Positions 9,485-17,967 of a stretch of 60,750 bases of DNA are shown here, piece after piece; position 1 is the stretch's first letter; each line of letters begins with the position of its first letter. The notes beneath the pieces were generated by a model. The model was given only the letters and a program-made list of their open reading frames with translations, was not told the DNA's origin and made no database searches. This DNA is from a virus: IMG/VR virus record IMGVR_UViG_3300045988_100865, positions 1 through 60,750 of that record; one strand, given 5' to 3'. A program made the position numbers and the translations under genes.

Positions 9485-10837
9485 ATGAGTTATCAAGACT
9501 TTAAGAACTCTCACATTGGAAAGGGCTATGACATTGATGGTTGGTTTTCTTTCCAATGCTGGGATTTATATGCAGAATACTGTAGATGGTTAGGTGTACC
9601 ACATGCTAACTGTACTGATAGTGGTTATGCTAGTGATCTGTGGACACAAAGACACTCTAATGGTATTCTTAACTACTTTGATGAAGTAGAAGTAATGCAA
9701 CCAGGAGATGTAGCTATCTTTAAAGTTACATCATCTACTCCATATACACACGTAGCTATCTTTGATAGTGATGCAGGGAATGGTTATGGTAATTTCTTAG
9801 GACAAAACCAAGGTGCTCCTAATGGTGTAACTAACATTGTAAGATTACCTTACTCAGCTACATATCCTACAGCCTTTAGACCTAAGTCTACTTTATCAGC
9901 ACCTACAGAAGAAGGATCATCTAATGTAGTAAGTGGTATGAAGAAGAATGATTATTTCATTGATGTATCAGCTTATCAAGCAGGTGACTTAACAGCTATC
10001 TGTAATGCTAGTGGTACAAGAAATACCATCATTAAAGTATCTGAAGGTACTGGTTGGTTGTCTCCTGTAGCAACTCAACAAACTAATACAAGTAACTGTG
10101 TAGGTTATTATCACTTTGCGCGGTTTGGTGGTGATGTAGGTACAGCACAGGCTGAAGCAAACTACTTCATTAGTAACCTTCCTTCACACCCTAGATACCT
10201 TGTGTGTGACTATGAAGATGGTGCTAGTGGTAATGTACAGGCTAATACAAACGCTGTACTAGCTTTTATGGATGTATGTAAGCAAGCAGGCTTTGAGCCT
10301 ATTTACTATAGCTACAAGCCTTACACACTTGCTCATGTATATGTAGATCAGATCACAGCTAAATACCCTAATAGCTTGTGGATTGCTGCTTACCCTAACT
10401 ATGAAGTTACTCCTGATCCTTATTGGGGTGTATATCCTGATATGCCTCACATGAGATGGTGGCAATTTACATCTACTGGTATTGCTGGTGGATTAGATAA
10501 AAATATTGTGTTGATTGATGATGAAGGATCATCATTTAGTAAAGAAGAAGAGGATGAAGAAATGAATTTTGTTGTAAGAAGTAATAGTGGTACTCAAGGT
10601 TATTTGGCTGTTGTGAATGGTCGTGTGTTTGGTATTGGTGATATTGAAACTGTAACACAATTACAGGGAGCAGGAGCTAAACACCTAAACCTTCCAGATG
10701 CTGACTTTAATCGTTTCCTTGAAAGTCAATCAAGAGATTCAGAAGTGATTAAACAAGCTATCTCTGAAGCTAATGCTCAAGTAGTGGAAGCTTTGGAAAA
10801 GATTAAAGCTACTGCTGTAGAAGCTAAAGAAGACTAA
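9485..10837 (+). CDS. endolysin: N-terminal CHAP, central GH25 muramidase, C-terminal domain of unknown type
   Basis: CHAP: ..SFQCWDLY.. and ..PYTHVAIF... GH25: ..IDVSAYQ.., ..GYYHFARF.., ..LVCDYED.., ..RWWQFTSTG..LDKN... Confidence 0.9.
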   Translation: MSYQDFKNSHIGKGYDIDGWFSFQCWDLYAEYCRWLGVPHANCTDSGYASDLWTQRHSNGILNYFDEVEVMQPGDVAIFKVTSSTPYTHVAIFDSDAGNGYGNFLGQNQGAPNGVTNIVRLPYSATYPTAFRPKSTLSAPTEEGSSNVVSGMKKNDYFIDVSAYQAGDLTAICNASGTRNTIIKVSEGTGWLSPVATQQTNTSNCVGYYHFARFGGDVGTAQAEANYFISNLPSHPRYLVCDYEDGASGNVQANTNAVLAFMDVCKQAGFEPIYYSYKPYTLAHVYVDQITAKYPNSLWIAAYPNYEVTPDPYWGVYPDMPHMRWWQFTSTGIAGGLDKNIVLIDDEGSSFSKEEEDEEMNFVVRSNSGTQGYLAVVNGRVFGIGDIETVTQLQGAGAKHLNLPDADFNRFLESQSRDSEVIKQAISEANAQVVEALEKIKATAVEAKED

Positions 10838-10864
10838 TAGCTTAAACCACTTATTGTTTGGTTA

Positions 10865-10896
10865 AGGGGAGGGGTATATCCCCTCCCTATTTTATT
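10865..10896 (+). terminator. intrinsic terminator after the lysis cassette
   Basis: aggggagggg-tatat-cccctccct, a 9-10 bp GC stem followed by attttatt. Confidence 0.8.
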
Positions 10897-10905
10897 GGAG
10901 GAACT

Positions 10906-11781
10906 ATGGAAGACATTTGTAAACAAAAGGACTGCTCCTGTGAGAATGTAGGTATTGGAGACTGTACCAAGCTACAAGAGCTTAATGACCTTCAAATTAG
11001 ACCTAAAATGAGGGCTATTCTAAAAGCTGAATGGTGTAATCTACCTGAGGCTATTAGAAGAGGCTTCTATGGTGTGTGGTGTGTTCTTAAAAACATTATC
11101 AACCAACTATGCTACATCTTAAGTAAGCTAGAGTGCTTAGAGTCTAAAGTAGATAAGCTGTGCTCTATTGCTAAGTGTCAAGATGAGAGAATCACAGGTC
11201 TTGTGGAACATATTAAAGGTAAAATGCTTGAGAATGTTGTCTTTGGTATGAAAGGTGTAGGTACATCTACTAATGCTTCAGGTAATGGAGATACTTTCAC
11301 TTCTGTGTCTGTTAAACAAAATGGTGAATTTACTATTGTATGGAATATGGTATCTGGTGGTGGAGAAGTAGGTAGAGGTACAATTACAGGTAGAGTATCA
11401 CACATGTACACCATGAATGATGATGGCACTATTAAAGCCCATATATCTAGAGTTGACTTTGATCAAGTTAGATATGTAGGTGATGGTGGTAATCATGGAA
11501 ACAATGCTACTTTCTCTATCATGGATACTAATGGTAGAACTGTGTGGACTAAATCTTATCAAGTAGGTTCAAGCTTCACTGATAAACCTGGATCTATCTC
11601 TATTGGTAAAGAAGCAATCCTTCAACCACAAGGAGGTAATACAGGGGATCTATTGCTATTCAAGACACTTGACCAGTGGTATTTTGACCCTACAGCAAGT
11701 GATGTGAGAGCTACCTATGTAAATAACAACTCACCTCTCCCTAAAGTTGAAGGTTGTGTTATCGACTGTGATAACTGCTAG
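10906..11781 (+). CDS. Cys-rich N-module protein 1 (adhesin/fibre-like, family unknown)
   Basis: ATG 10906 follows GGAGG. The listed TTG start at 10858 lies inside the terminator hairpin. N-terminus CSCENVGIGDC..LPEAIRRGFYGVWCVLKNIINQLC..; C-terminus EGCVIDCDNC. Confidence 0.7.
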   Translation: MEDICKQKDCSCENVGIGDCTKLQELNDLQIRPKMRAILKAEWCNLPEAIRRGFYGVWCVLKNIINQLCYILSKLECLESKVDKLCSIAKCQDERITGLVEHIKGKMLENVVFGMKGVGTSTNASGNGDTFTSVSVKQNGEFTIVWNMVSGGGEVGRGTITGRVSHMYTMNDDGTIKAHISRVDFDQVRYVGDGGNHGNNATFSIMDTNGRTVWTKSYQVGSSFTDKPGSISIGKEAILQPQGGNTGDLLLFKTLDQWYFDPTASDVRATYVNNNSPLPKVEGCVIDCDNC

Positions 11782-11789
11782 GAGGCACT

Positions 11790-13073
11790 ATGTTTGAATA
11801 TTGTCCTAATTGCAGATGTAGAATAAAGTTCTATAAAGCTCATGAATGTGAGAAGATGAAGCATGACCTAGCTGACTCTGTGAAGTTGACTGGTGATGCT
11901 ATTGCTAATGGAGAAGAGTGTAAAGTAAAAGAAAATACAGCACATGGTTTCTTCAGAATATGGTGCAATATCAAGAACATTATTGAGATCATCTGTGATA
12001 TAATTAAACGTATGAAGTGCTTACAGCGTAAAGCACAAAAGGTTTGTGAAGTACAGCACTGTTTAGCTGAGAGAATTGAAAGTGTCAATAGATTTATTGG
12101 TGTTTACAACTCGGATCAAGCTAATAAACCTTCACCTGATCAATCAGATTGGGAGGCTAACAAGAAGAGACTTGAATCTGATTATCAAACTAGTCTAAAT
12201 GGATACAATGCTAGAAAAACTGAATATGATAGAGCTTTACAGGCTTACAATGATAGCAACTCAAACTATGCTTCTGCTATTGCTTCTTATAATGCTAGAA
12301 AAGCTGAATATGATAGAAAAAAACGTGAATATGAATCAGGTAACTCATCACAGCAAGGTAGTCAAGGTCAATGGCAAGAGGCTTGGGGTACATTTGCTAA
12401 ATCAGGTCAACCTTATGACGTAGCTATGGGAGGTTCTCCTAATGGATCTATCCACGGTTTAGACCTTTCTATAGCCCATAATGCTGGTAAAGGTAGAGGT
12501 GTGTTCTTCAAAAGCTTAAACAATGAAGGTACATCTGTTGAGATGAAGTTAGACCTTATAGGATATTCTTATGAAGGTAGGGGTTCATCAATTAAGAATG
12601 GTTATTATGTTCCTTTTGGAGGTACCTATGATTGGTACTTAGATTACTATGTATCTACCGATGGTGGTAACAGCTATACACCTGTAGAAACAGGAGTACT
12701 ACTAGCAAAACACGGAGATTCTCAAAATCTTGCTTATGGGGCTAATTGGCAAGCTTCCACAATTAACTGGTCTAAAACCATTAACTTACCTAGCAACTTC
12801 ACTCATCTTAAAACTGAAGTGCGTGGAGATATACCAGGAGAAAGACACCAAAATGTGTACACAAGAGAACAGATTGTGAGAAAACCTTTCCCTCCATTCA
12901 CTGAACAACCCCCTGTGAATAATGCTAGAAGACCTGAACCATTTACTGAACAACCTCCTCAAAAACCTACTATTCCCCCAAAACCTGAAAAGAAAGTAGA
13001 AACTATTCCTCTTATTAAGGGTGGATGTGACTTGATGGGTTGTAAGTTTGATTGCTTTATTGATAATAAATAG
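11790..13073 (+). CDS. Cys-rich N-module protein 2 (Y-x-A-R-K-x-E-Y-D-R repeat, beta-rich domain, Pro-rich tail)
   Basis: N-terminus CPNCRC..AHGFFRIWCNIKNIIEIIC..; C-terminus GGCDLMGCKFDCFIDNK. RBS AGGAGG upstream. Confidence 0.7.
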   Translation: MFEYCPNCRCRIKFYKAHECEKMKHDLADSVKLTGDAIANGEECKVKENTAHGFFRIWCNIKNIIEIICDIIKRMKCLQRKAQKVCEVQHCLAERIESVNRFIGVYNSDQANKPSPDQSDWEANKKRLESDYQTSLNGYNARKTEYDRALQAYNDSNSNYASAIASYNARKAEYDRKKREYESGNSSQQGSQGQWQEAWGTFAKSGQPYDVAMGGSPNGSIHGLDLSIAHNAGKGRGVFFKSLNNEGTSVEMKLDLIGYSYEGRGSSIKNGYYVPFGGTYDWYLDYYVSTDGGNSYTPVETGVLLAKHGDSQNLAYGANWQASTINWSKTINLPSNFTHLKTEVRGDIPGERHQNVYTREQIVRKPFPPFTEQPPVNNARRPEPFTEQPPQKPTIPPKPEKKVETIPLIKGGCDLMGCKFDCFIDNK

Positions 13074-13081
13074 GAGAAAAT

Positions 13082-13546
13082 ATGTCAGATTGTATTAACT
13101 GTCAATGTGAAGAGATTGTTGTAGGTAAAACAGCCTGTGACTCTCTTAAGAAACAGAATGACGACAGAATTAAATTACACTCCCTTGTGCTGAGGGATAC
13201 AACACTTTGTGACCTACCTGAGCAGACATCTAAAGCTTTTTATTCACAGTGGTGTTTTAATAAGAATGTCACTAATCAACTGTGCTGGTTGGCTAATAAT
13301 AGCTCAGGTTATGATGATGCTGATCTTAAAGCTGAAAATGCAAAGCTTAAGGGTGCTCTAATGAAGATTATTAACAACTTAACTGCTAGTGGAGCTTGGC
13401 AAGGAGGTCTTGAAGGAGACTTTGTGCCTAACAGAAATATTGCTACTGGTAATATTAACTTGTTCTCTAACACAGTTGATAGTGACTTCTTTATCCGTAC
13501 TAATAATGGACAAACAGAAAATGACTTGGCAGGAGGTATTAATTAA
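13082..13546 (+). CDS. Cys-rich N-module protein 3 (short; C-terminal module shared with the next gene)
   Basis: N-terminus CINCQCEE..LPEQTSKAFYSQWCFNKNVTNQLC... The C-terminal 60 aa are homologous to the C-terminus of ORF 13546..15192 (..NIATGNINLF..FIRTNNG.TENDLAGGIN). Confidence 0.7.
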   Translation: MSDCINCQCEEIVVGKTACDSLKKQNDDRIKLHSLVLRDTTLCDLPEQTSKAFYSQWCFNKNVTNQLCWLANNSSGYDDADLKAENAKLKGALMKIINNLTASGAWQGGLEGDFVPNRNIATGNINLFSNTVDSDFFIRTNNGQTENDLAGGIN

Positions 13547-15192
13547 TGGGATGCACAACTTGTAGTGGAAACCCTAATACATGGTGTACTCAGTGTATGC
13601 CTGCTGAAGACACTTGGGTAGCTCCTGTGGATAAGCTTCCTGATGTGTTCATGGGTGATAGAGACCACATGTATCTTCTTCCTAATGGAGACCTTTATAT
13701 CCTTTCTCCTGATAGAACTAGATGGATAAAGGTTAATGGTCAAGGTGGAGGAGTTACCTATGATGATACTGCTGTGATTAATAGGCTAAAAGCACTAGAG
13801 GGTAAAACAGATAACTTTATCTCATCTGTAGGTGTATCAAGAAATGGTAACAGGATAAAACTTACTTATACATTAGTAGATGGTACTGTTAAAGAGGTAG
13901 AATTTGAAGATAAGGACACTGTAGCCTTAGCCTATGATGATTCTTCTCTAAGAAATAGGATAAAAGCACTAGAAGATAAGCCTGACAATGATAGGCAGAC
14001 TCTAACCTTTACTGAAGGTAATAGAAACCTATCTATTAGTAATGGAAACTCAGTAACACTCCCTAATGACAAACAGACCATTTCTAAGCAGGGTAACAAG
14101 CTAGTATTATCAAATGGTGGAGGAGAGGTTGACCTACCTACACCTAAAGATTCTGTGCCTTATGATGATTCTGCATTGAAAGCTAGAGTAACAGCTCTTG
14201 AAGCTAGACCAGACAATGACAAGCAGACTCTTTCTTTTGATAAGAACACAAGAAACCTCACAATTTCTAATGGGAATACTGTAACTTTACCTGAAGAGCC
14301 TACTGAGGGTGGGGATAACTTAATCTGTAACTCTTCCTTCCCTGAGAATACAAATGGTTGGGGATATTGGACTTCTGATCAAAGAAATGCTAAACTATCA
14401 GCCTCTAAGCACCCTTTCTATTACAATAATAATGCTAATATGTTTGTGCTTACAAATGACTCAAGAGATCCTGTCCCTACAGCATCACAAAGGTTTAATG
14501 TCAAGCGCAATACAGAGTACTCCTTGAACCTTTCTACTTTTGCTACAGATAATCTTAAAGGTGTTACACTATACTTCTTAGGTAGACAAAAAGGACAAAA
14601 AGAACCTTTCACAAATGTAGTAACCCTCAAGGATACAACAAGTTCACCTTCCACAACTGGATTGGCTAGTTATCATCTAACATTTAACACAGGTGATAGT
14701 GATGAAGGCTATATCCGTATTGATAACAAAGGTACAAATGATACAAGTCCTTCATTATTATTCTTTGGTGATGTAGATGTATATGAAGGTACTGCTAAAA
14801 GACCTTGGAGACCTTCACTTAAATGTGCTATTGATAGCTTAAATAGTAAGCAAGATAATGATAGACAAACATTATCACTAGCAGGTAACACACTATCTAT
14901 TAGTAATGGAAACTCTGTGAACTTACCTCAGTATGTATCACCACAGGACTTTAACAACCTTAAGAATGAGTACAACATGCTAAAAGGTGCTTTCACAACT
15001 CTTCTTCAAAACCTTAAGAACTCAGGGGCTTGGAATCAAACAGGTAACACTATCTTTGAAGGTTCTCTAAGACCTGATAGAAACATTGCTACAGGTAACA
15101 TTAACCTCTTTGGTGGAACTGTTGATGGTAATGCCTTTATTAGAACTAACAATGGCAAGACTGAGAATGACCTTGCAGGAGGTATCAACTAA
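13546..15192 (+). CDS. mosaic fibre / receptor-binding-like protein with a CBM-like central domain
   Basis: ATG overlaps the upstream stop (TAATG). N-terminus CTTCSGNPNTWCTQC. Shares modules with 8161..9264 and 13082..13546. Central ..NLICNSSFPENTNGWGYW.. resembles carbohydrate-binding module starts. Confidence 0.7.
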   Translation: MGCTTCSGNPNTWCTQCMPAEDTWVAPVDKLPDVFMGDRDHMYLLPNGDLYILSPDRTRWIKVNGQGGGVTYDDTAVINRLKALEGKTDNFISSVGVSRNGNRIKLTYTLVDGTVKEVEFEDKDTVALAYDDSSLRNRIKALEDKPDNDRQTLTFTEGNRNLSISNGNSVTLPNDKQTISKQGNKLVLSNGGGEVDLPTPKDSVPYDDSALKARVTALEARPDNDKQTLSFDKNTRNLTISNGNTVTLPEEPTEGGDNLICNSSFPENTNGWGYWTSDQRNAKLSASKHPFYYNNNANMFVLTNDSRDPVPTASQRFNVKRNTEYSLNLSTFATDNLKGVTLYFLGRQKGQKEPFTNVVTLKDTTSSPSTTGLASYHLTFNTGDSDEGYIRIDNKGTNDTSPSLLFFGDVDVYEGTAKRPWRPSLKCAIDSLNSKQDNDRQTLSLAGNTLSISNGNSVNLPQYVSPQDFNNLKNEYNMLKGAFTTLLQNLKNSGAWNQTGNTIFEGSLRPDRNIATGNINLFGGTVDGNAFIRTNNGKTENDLAGGIN

Positions 15193-16592
15193 TGGCAGAC
15201 CAAATTACACTTAATAATGAACAGATTGCTAAAGTAAGACAAGTCCTCAAGTTAAATATGTACTATTCTGAAGAAGGTGTTGAAGTAACTTCTGAAGGTA
15301 ATCATTTTACTATTAAGTCTCCTATGACAATTCCTGTAAATGGAGTTGAAACACCTATTGGTTATATAAGTACTGAAGGTGCTGTGTTTTATGATCTTAC
15401 TGTTGAAAATGGTGTAATAAAGCTAAAAAATGTCAAGGTAAGAATAAAAAATGTAAACTACAGAAGAGCAAATAATAGATCTATTACTGGAGTACCTGCA
15501 CAATACAAAATCAGAGTAAATGGTTATAATAATATCATCTATGATAAGTCTTATCCCCCAGGAGGTGGTGAATGGACTGATAACCTTAACAAGGACATTC
15601 CTATTAATGATGTAGACATCTCAGTAAAGCGTTATGAACTTAAGTATAGTGCAATAGATATTAATGATTCATGGGTATACAATCCTACATATGGACAAGT
15701 ATCTTTTAGTTTGACTGTACCTGATAGAAACATCCTTAAAATACCTAAAGCACCAACTGAGGGTACACTTGTAATTAAGTATAAAAATGATGTTACAGGT
15801 GAGGTATTATATACTACTAGTGAAACAGTACAAGGTAACACTAATCATTCCCATACTGCTCCTGAGATTTTTAAAGCTACCTATAAGCTCATTGGGAACA
15901 AGACTCAAATTAGGATGGTTCCTGCTGGGGATACACAAGAGATGGTATTCAGATACAATCCCATCTATGGTCAAACTGTGAAGTATATTGATAAGGATAC
16001 AGGACAAGAGATTAGAACTAAAAGTTACACTCCTGTGACATATGGAGATCCTTTTAGACAAGACCCTCCTTCTATCCAAGGTTACAGGCTTGTACCAGGT
16101 CAGAACCCTATTAATGTACCTAGAGTTACTGGAACAGGAGACTACTCATTTAGATATGAGAAGATACCCACTACTGCTAATGTTATTGTTAAGCATCTTA
16201 ATAAGGCTAATAATCAACCACTACGGGATGATGTAACACTAAGCAATCAAACTATAGGAAGTAATGTAAATTACAACCCTCCTGCTATCACTAACTTTTC
16301 TCCTGAGAGAACAACCTATACTCACACTGTAGTTGAAGGTAATAATGTTATCACTGTGTACTACACAGAAAATGCTAAGATTAGGCCATGGGCTATTAGA
16401 AAGTCTAACACATGGAAGTCTCTCAACACCACAAAACAGTGGATGAAGATTAGAAGAAATGCTAATCAGAACTATTGGGATACTAAACCTAATGCTGAAA
16501 TCTATGAGGCTGATACAGGAAAAGAAAACTACTCACCATCACGTATTCGTAAGGGTGGTAAGTGGAAAGCACAAGGAAAGATAGGTAACTAA
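15192..16592 (+). CDS. MucBP-like repeat protein
   Basis: Three successive ~70-aa units follow the MucBP pattern (V.Y.D..TG..I......G......P..I.GY.L........F.Y). TAATG coupling to both neighbours. Confidence 0.6.
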   Translation: MADQITLNNEQIAKVRQVLKLNMYYSEEGVEVTSEGNHFTIKSPMTIPVNGVETPIGYISTEGAVFYDLTVENGVIKLKNVKVRIKNVNYRRANNRSITGVPAQYKIRVNGYNNIIYDKSYPPGGGEWTDNLNKDIPINDVDISVKRYELKYSAIDINDSWVYNPTYGQVSFSLTVPDRNILKIPKAPTEGTLVIKYKNDVTGEVLYTTSETVQGNTNHSHTAPEIFKATYKLIGNKTQIRMVPAGDTQEMVFRYNPIYGQTVKYIDKDTGQEIRTKSYTPVTYGDPFRQDPPSIQGYRLVPGQNPINVPRVTGTGDYSFRYEKIPTTANVIVKHLNKANNQPLRDDVTLSNQTIGSNVNYNPPAITNFSPERTTYTHTVVEGNNVITVYYTENAKIRPWAIRKSNTWKSLNTTKQWMKIRRNANQNYWDTKPNAEIYEADTGKENYSPSRIRKGGKWKAQGKIGN

Positions 16593-17443
16593 TGGCTATT
16601 GATGATAAGAAAACTAGACTGAATGAAGCAACATTTACTAGTTATGGGGATAACCCTAAAGATCATTGCTGGTATGATGAGTGTGACTGTGATGAAATTC
16701 CTGTTGCAGATTGTCAAAGACTAGTAGAAGAAAATAACAAAGGTGTAGGACGGTTTACATGTATGGCTGAAAGTCAGAAATGCTACAATCCTAAGTTCTT
16801 CAGCTCATTTATGAAGAAGCTTGCTTGTCAATTAAACCACTACATTCAAAATATCTGTGCATTATGGGATATGGTACAATGTATGGCTGAGTATCTTTCA
16901 AAAATGGGAGATACTGGTACTGTACAGGTAAATTATGCAAGAAACTCAGCTGTATCTTCTGCTGACTTCTATCACCCTATCACAGATAGTTATGACTTAG
17001 ACCTCTATATGGACTCAACTACAGGTGTTGTAGCTGGTGAGTCAGATGATGGAAGAAGAAAGCAAACTGACCGTAAGTATCGTGCTTATATCAGATGGTG
17101 TGCTGATGGTACTACTCTAAATCCTGCTCAGGATAATACAATGGAGTTTGTAGTATACCACTCAGGAGAACAGTATACTGAAGACCTTAAAAAGAACCGT
17201 GGTGTACACTGGCAAATGACTGGTGTATCAGATGGTGCTATGGAAATGTCAGACAGTATTATTGTTCCTGCTGGACAACATATCAAGCTTAGAGTAGAAC
17301 CTGCTAATTCATCTTCAGGTGTCTTCCGTGTTCACCAATTCAAGGTAGAATATACTCCTGTAATGGATGCTCATGATCTGCCTGATTGCTTGAAACTCAC
17401 AGAGCTCCCTAAAGATGATTGTAACTGTGACAAGAAGAAATAA
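16592..17443 (+). CDS. Cys-rich N-module protein 4
   Basis: N-terminus CWYDECDCDEIPVADC..FFSSFMKKLACQLNHYIQNIC..; C-terminus LPDCLKLTELPKDDCNCDKKK. Confidence 0.7.
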   Translation: MAIDDKKTRLNEATFTSYGDNPKDHCWYDECDCDEIPVADCQRLVEENNKGVGRFTCMAESQKCYNPKFFSSFMKKLACQLNHYIQNICALWDMVQCMAEYLSKMGDTGTVQVNYARNSAVSSADFYHPITDSYDLDLYMDSTTGVVAGESDDGRRKQTDRKYRAYIRWCADGTTLNPAQDNTMEFVVYHSGEQYTEDLKKNRGVHWQMTGVSDGAMEMSDSIIVPAGQHIKLRVEPANSSSGVFRVHQFKVEYTPVMDAHDLPDCLKLTELPKDDCNCDKKK

Positions 17444-17473
17444 AAAGAGAGCATTTAAGCTCTCTTTATTTTT
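17444..17473. terminator. bidirectional intrinsic terminator between the convergent late and early arms
   Basis: aaagagagc-atttaa-gctctcttt, a 9-bp stem with A/T runs on both sides. Confidence 0.8.
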
Positions 17474-17774
17474 CTTTATTCTTATGCTTCTTCAGTCTCT
17501 TATATAAAGCTTGAGGTGTAGACAAACCAAGAATGGTCTGTGTATACTCAATGTAACCTGAGTAGAGCATTTCATAATAAAGAAGGTTCTGCTGTGTACG
17601 AATCTTCTTTTTCTTTGCTCTCATAGCATTTCGTTCTCTTGTGCTATGGGACTTCTTAATAAGCTCTGTAAGTCTATTAAACTCTCTTTCAAGCTTAATA
17701 TACTCATCAGATGCTTTAGCGGGTGATGATTTAGGCTCTTCAGCCAACTTTACATTTTCAATCTTAACTTTCAT
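17466..17774 (-). CDS. hypothetical basic protein
   Basis: Listed ORF 17466..17795. The in-frame ATG at 17774 (MKVKIENV..) is more likely. Last gene of the leftward arm. Confidence 0.5.
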   Translation of the reverse strand: MKVKIENVKLAEEPKSSPAKASDEYIKLEREFNRLTELIKKSHSTRERNAMRAKKKKIRTQQNLLYYEMLYSGYIEYTQTILGLSTPQALYKRLKKHKNKEK

Positions 17775-17967
17775 AAGACCACAATTCCTCTCCACAATTT
17801 TTTATATAAATAGTTATATCACCTTTTTGAACCCTTGTGATTTTAGAGTCTCCAATCCATTCCTTAATGAATTTTTGTCTTCTCTTAAATCCACAAATGG
17901 TTTCATCAAAGTAACAATTTCCAAGTTCATCAATCAGTTTTACTTGATAAACCTTTATAAAATTCAT
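17764..17967 (-). CDS. hypothetical protein (67 aa)
   Basis: Listed ORF, co-oriented, overlaps both neighbours. Confidence 0.45.
   Translation of the reverse strand: MNFIKVYQVKLIDELGNCYFDETICGFKRRQKFIKEWIGDSKITRVQKGDITIYIKNCGEELWSYES

Noticed and set aside
8161-15192. Shared fibre modules considered as the template/variable repeat pair of a diversity-generating retroelement.
   Set aside because: No reverse transcriptase gene is present. Differences between the copies involve all four bases rather than adenine-specific substitutions, and identity is only about 70-75 percent.
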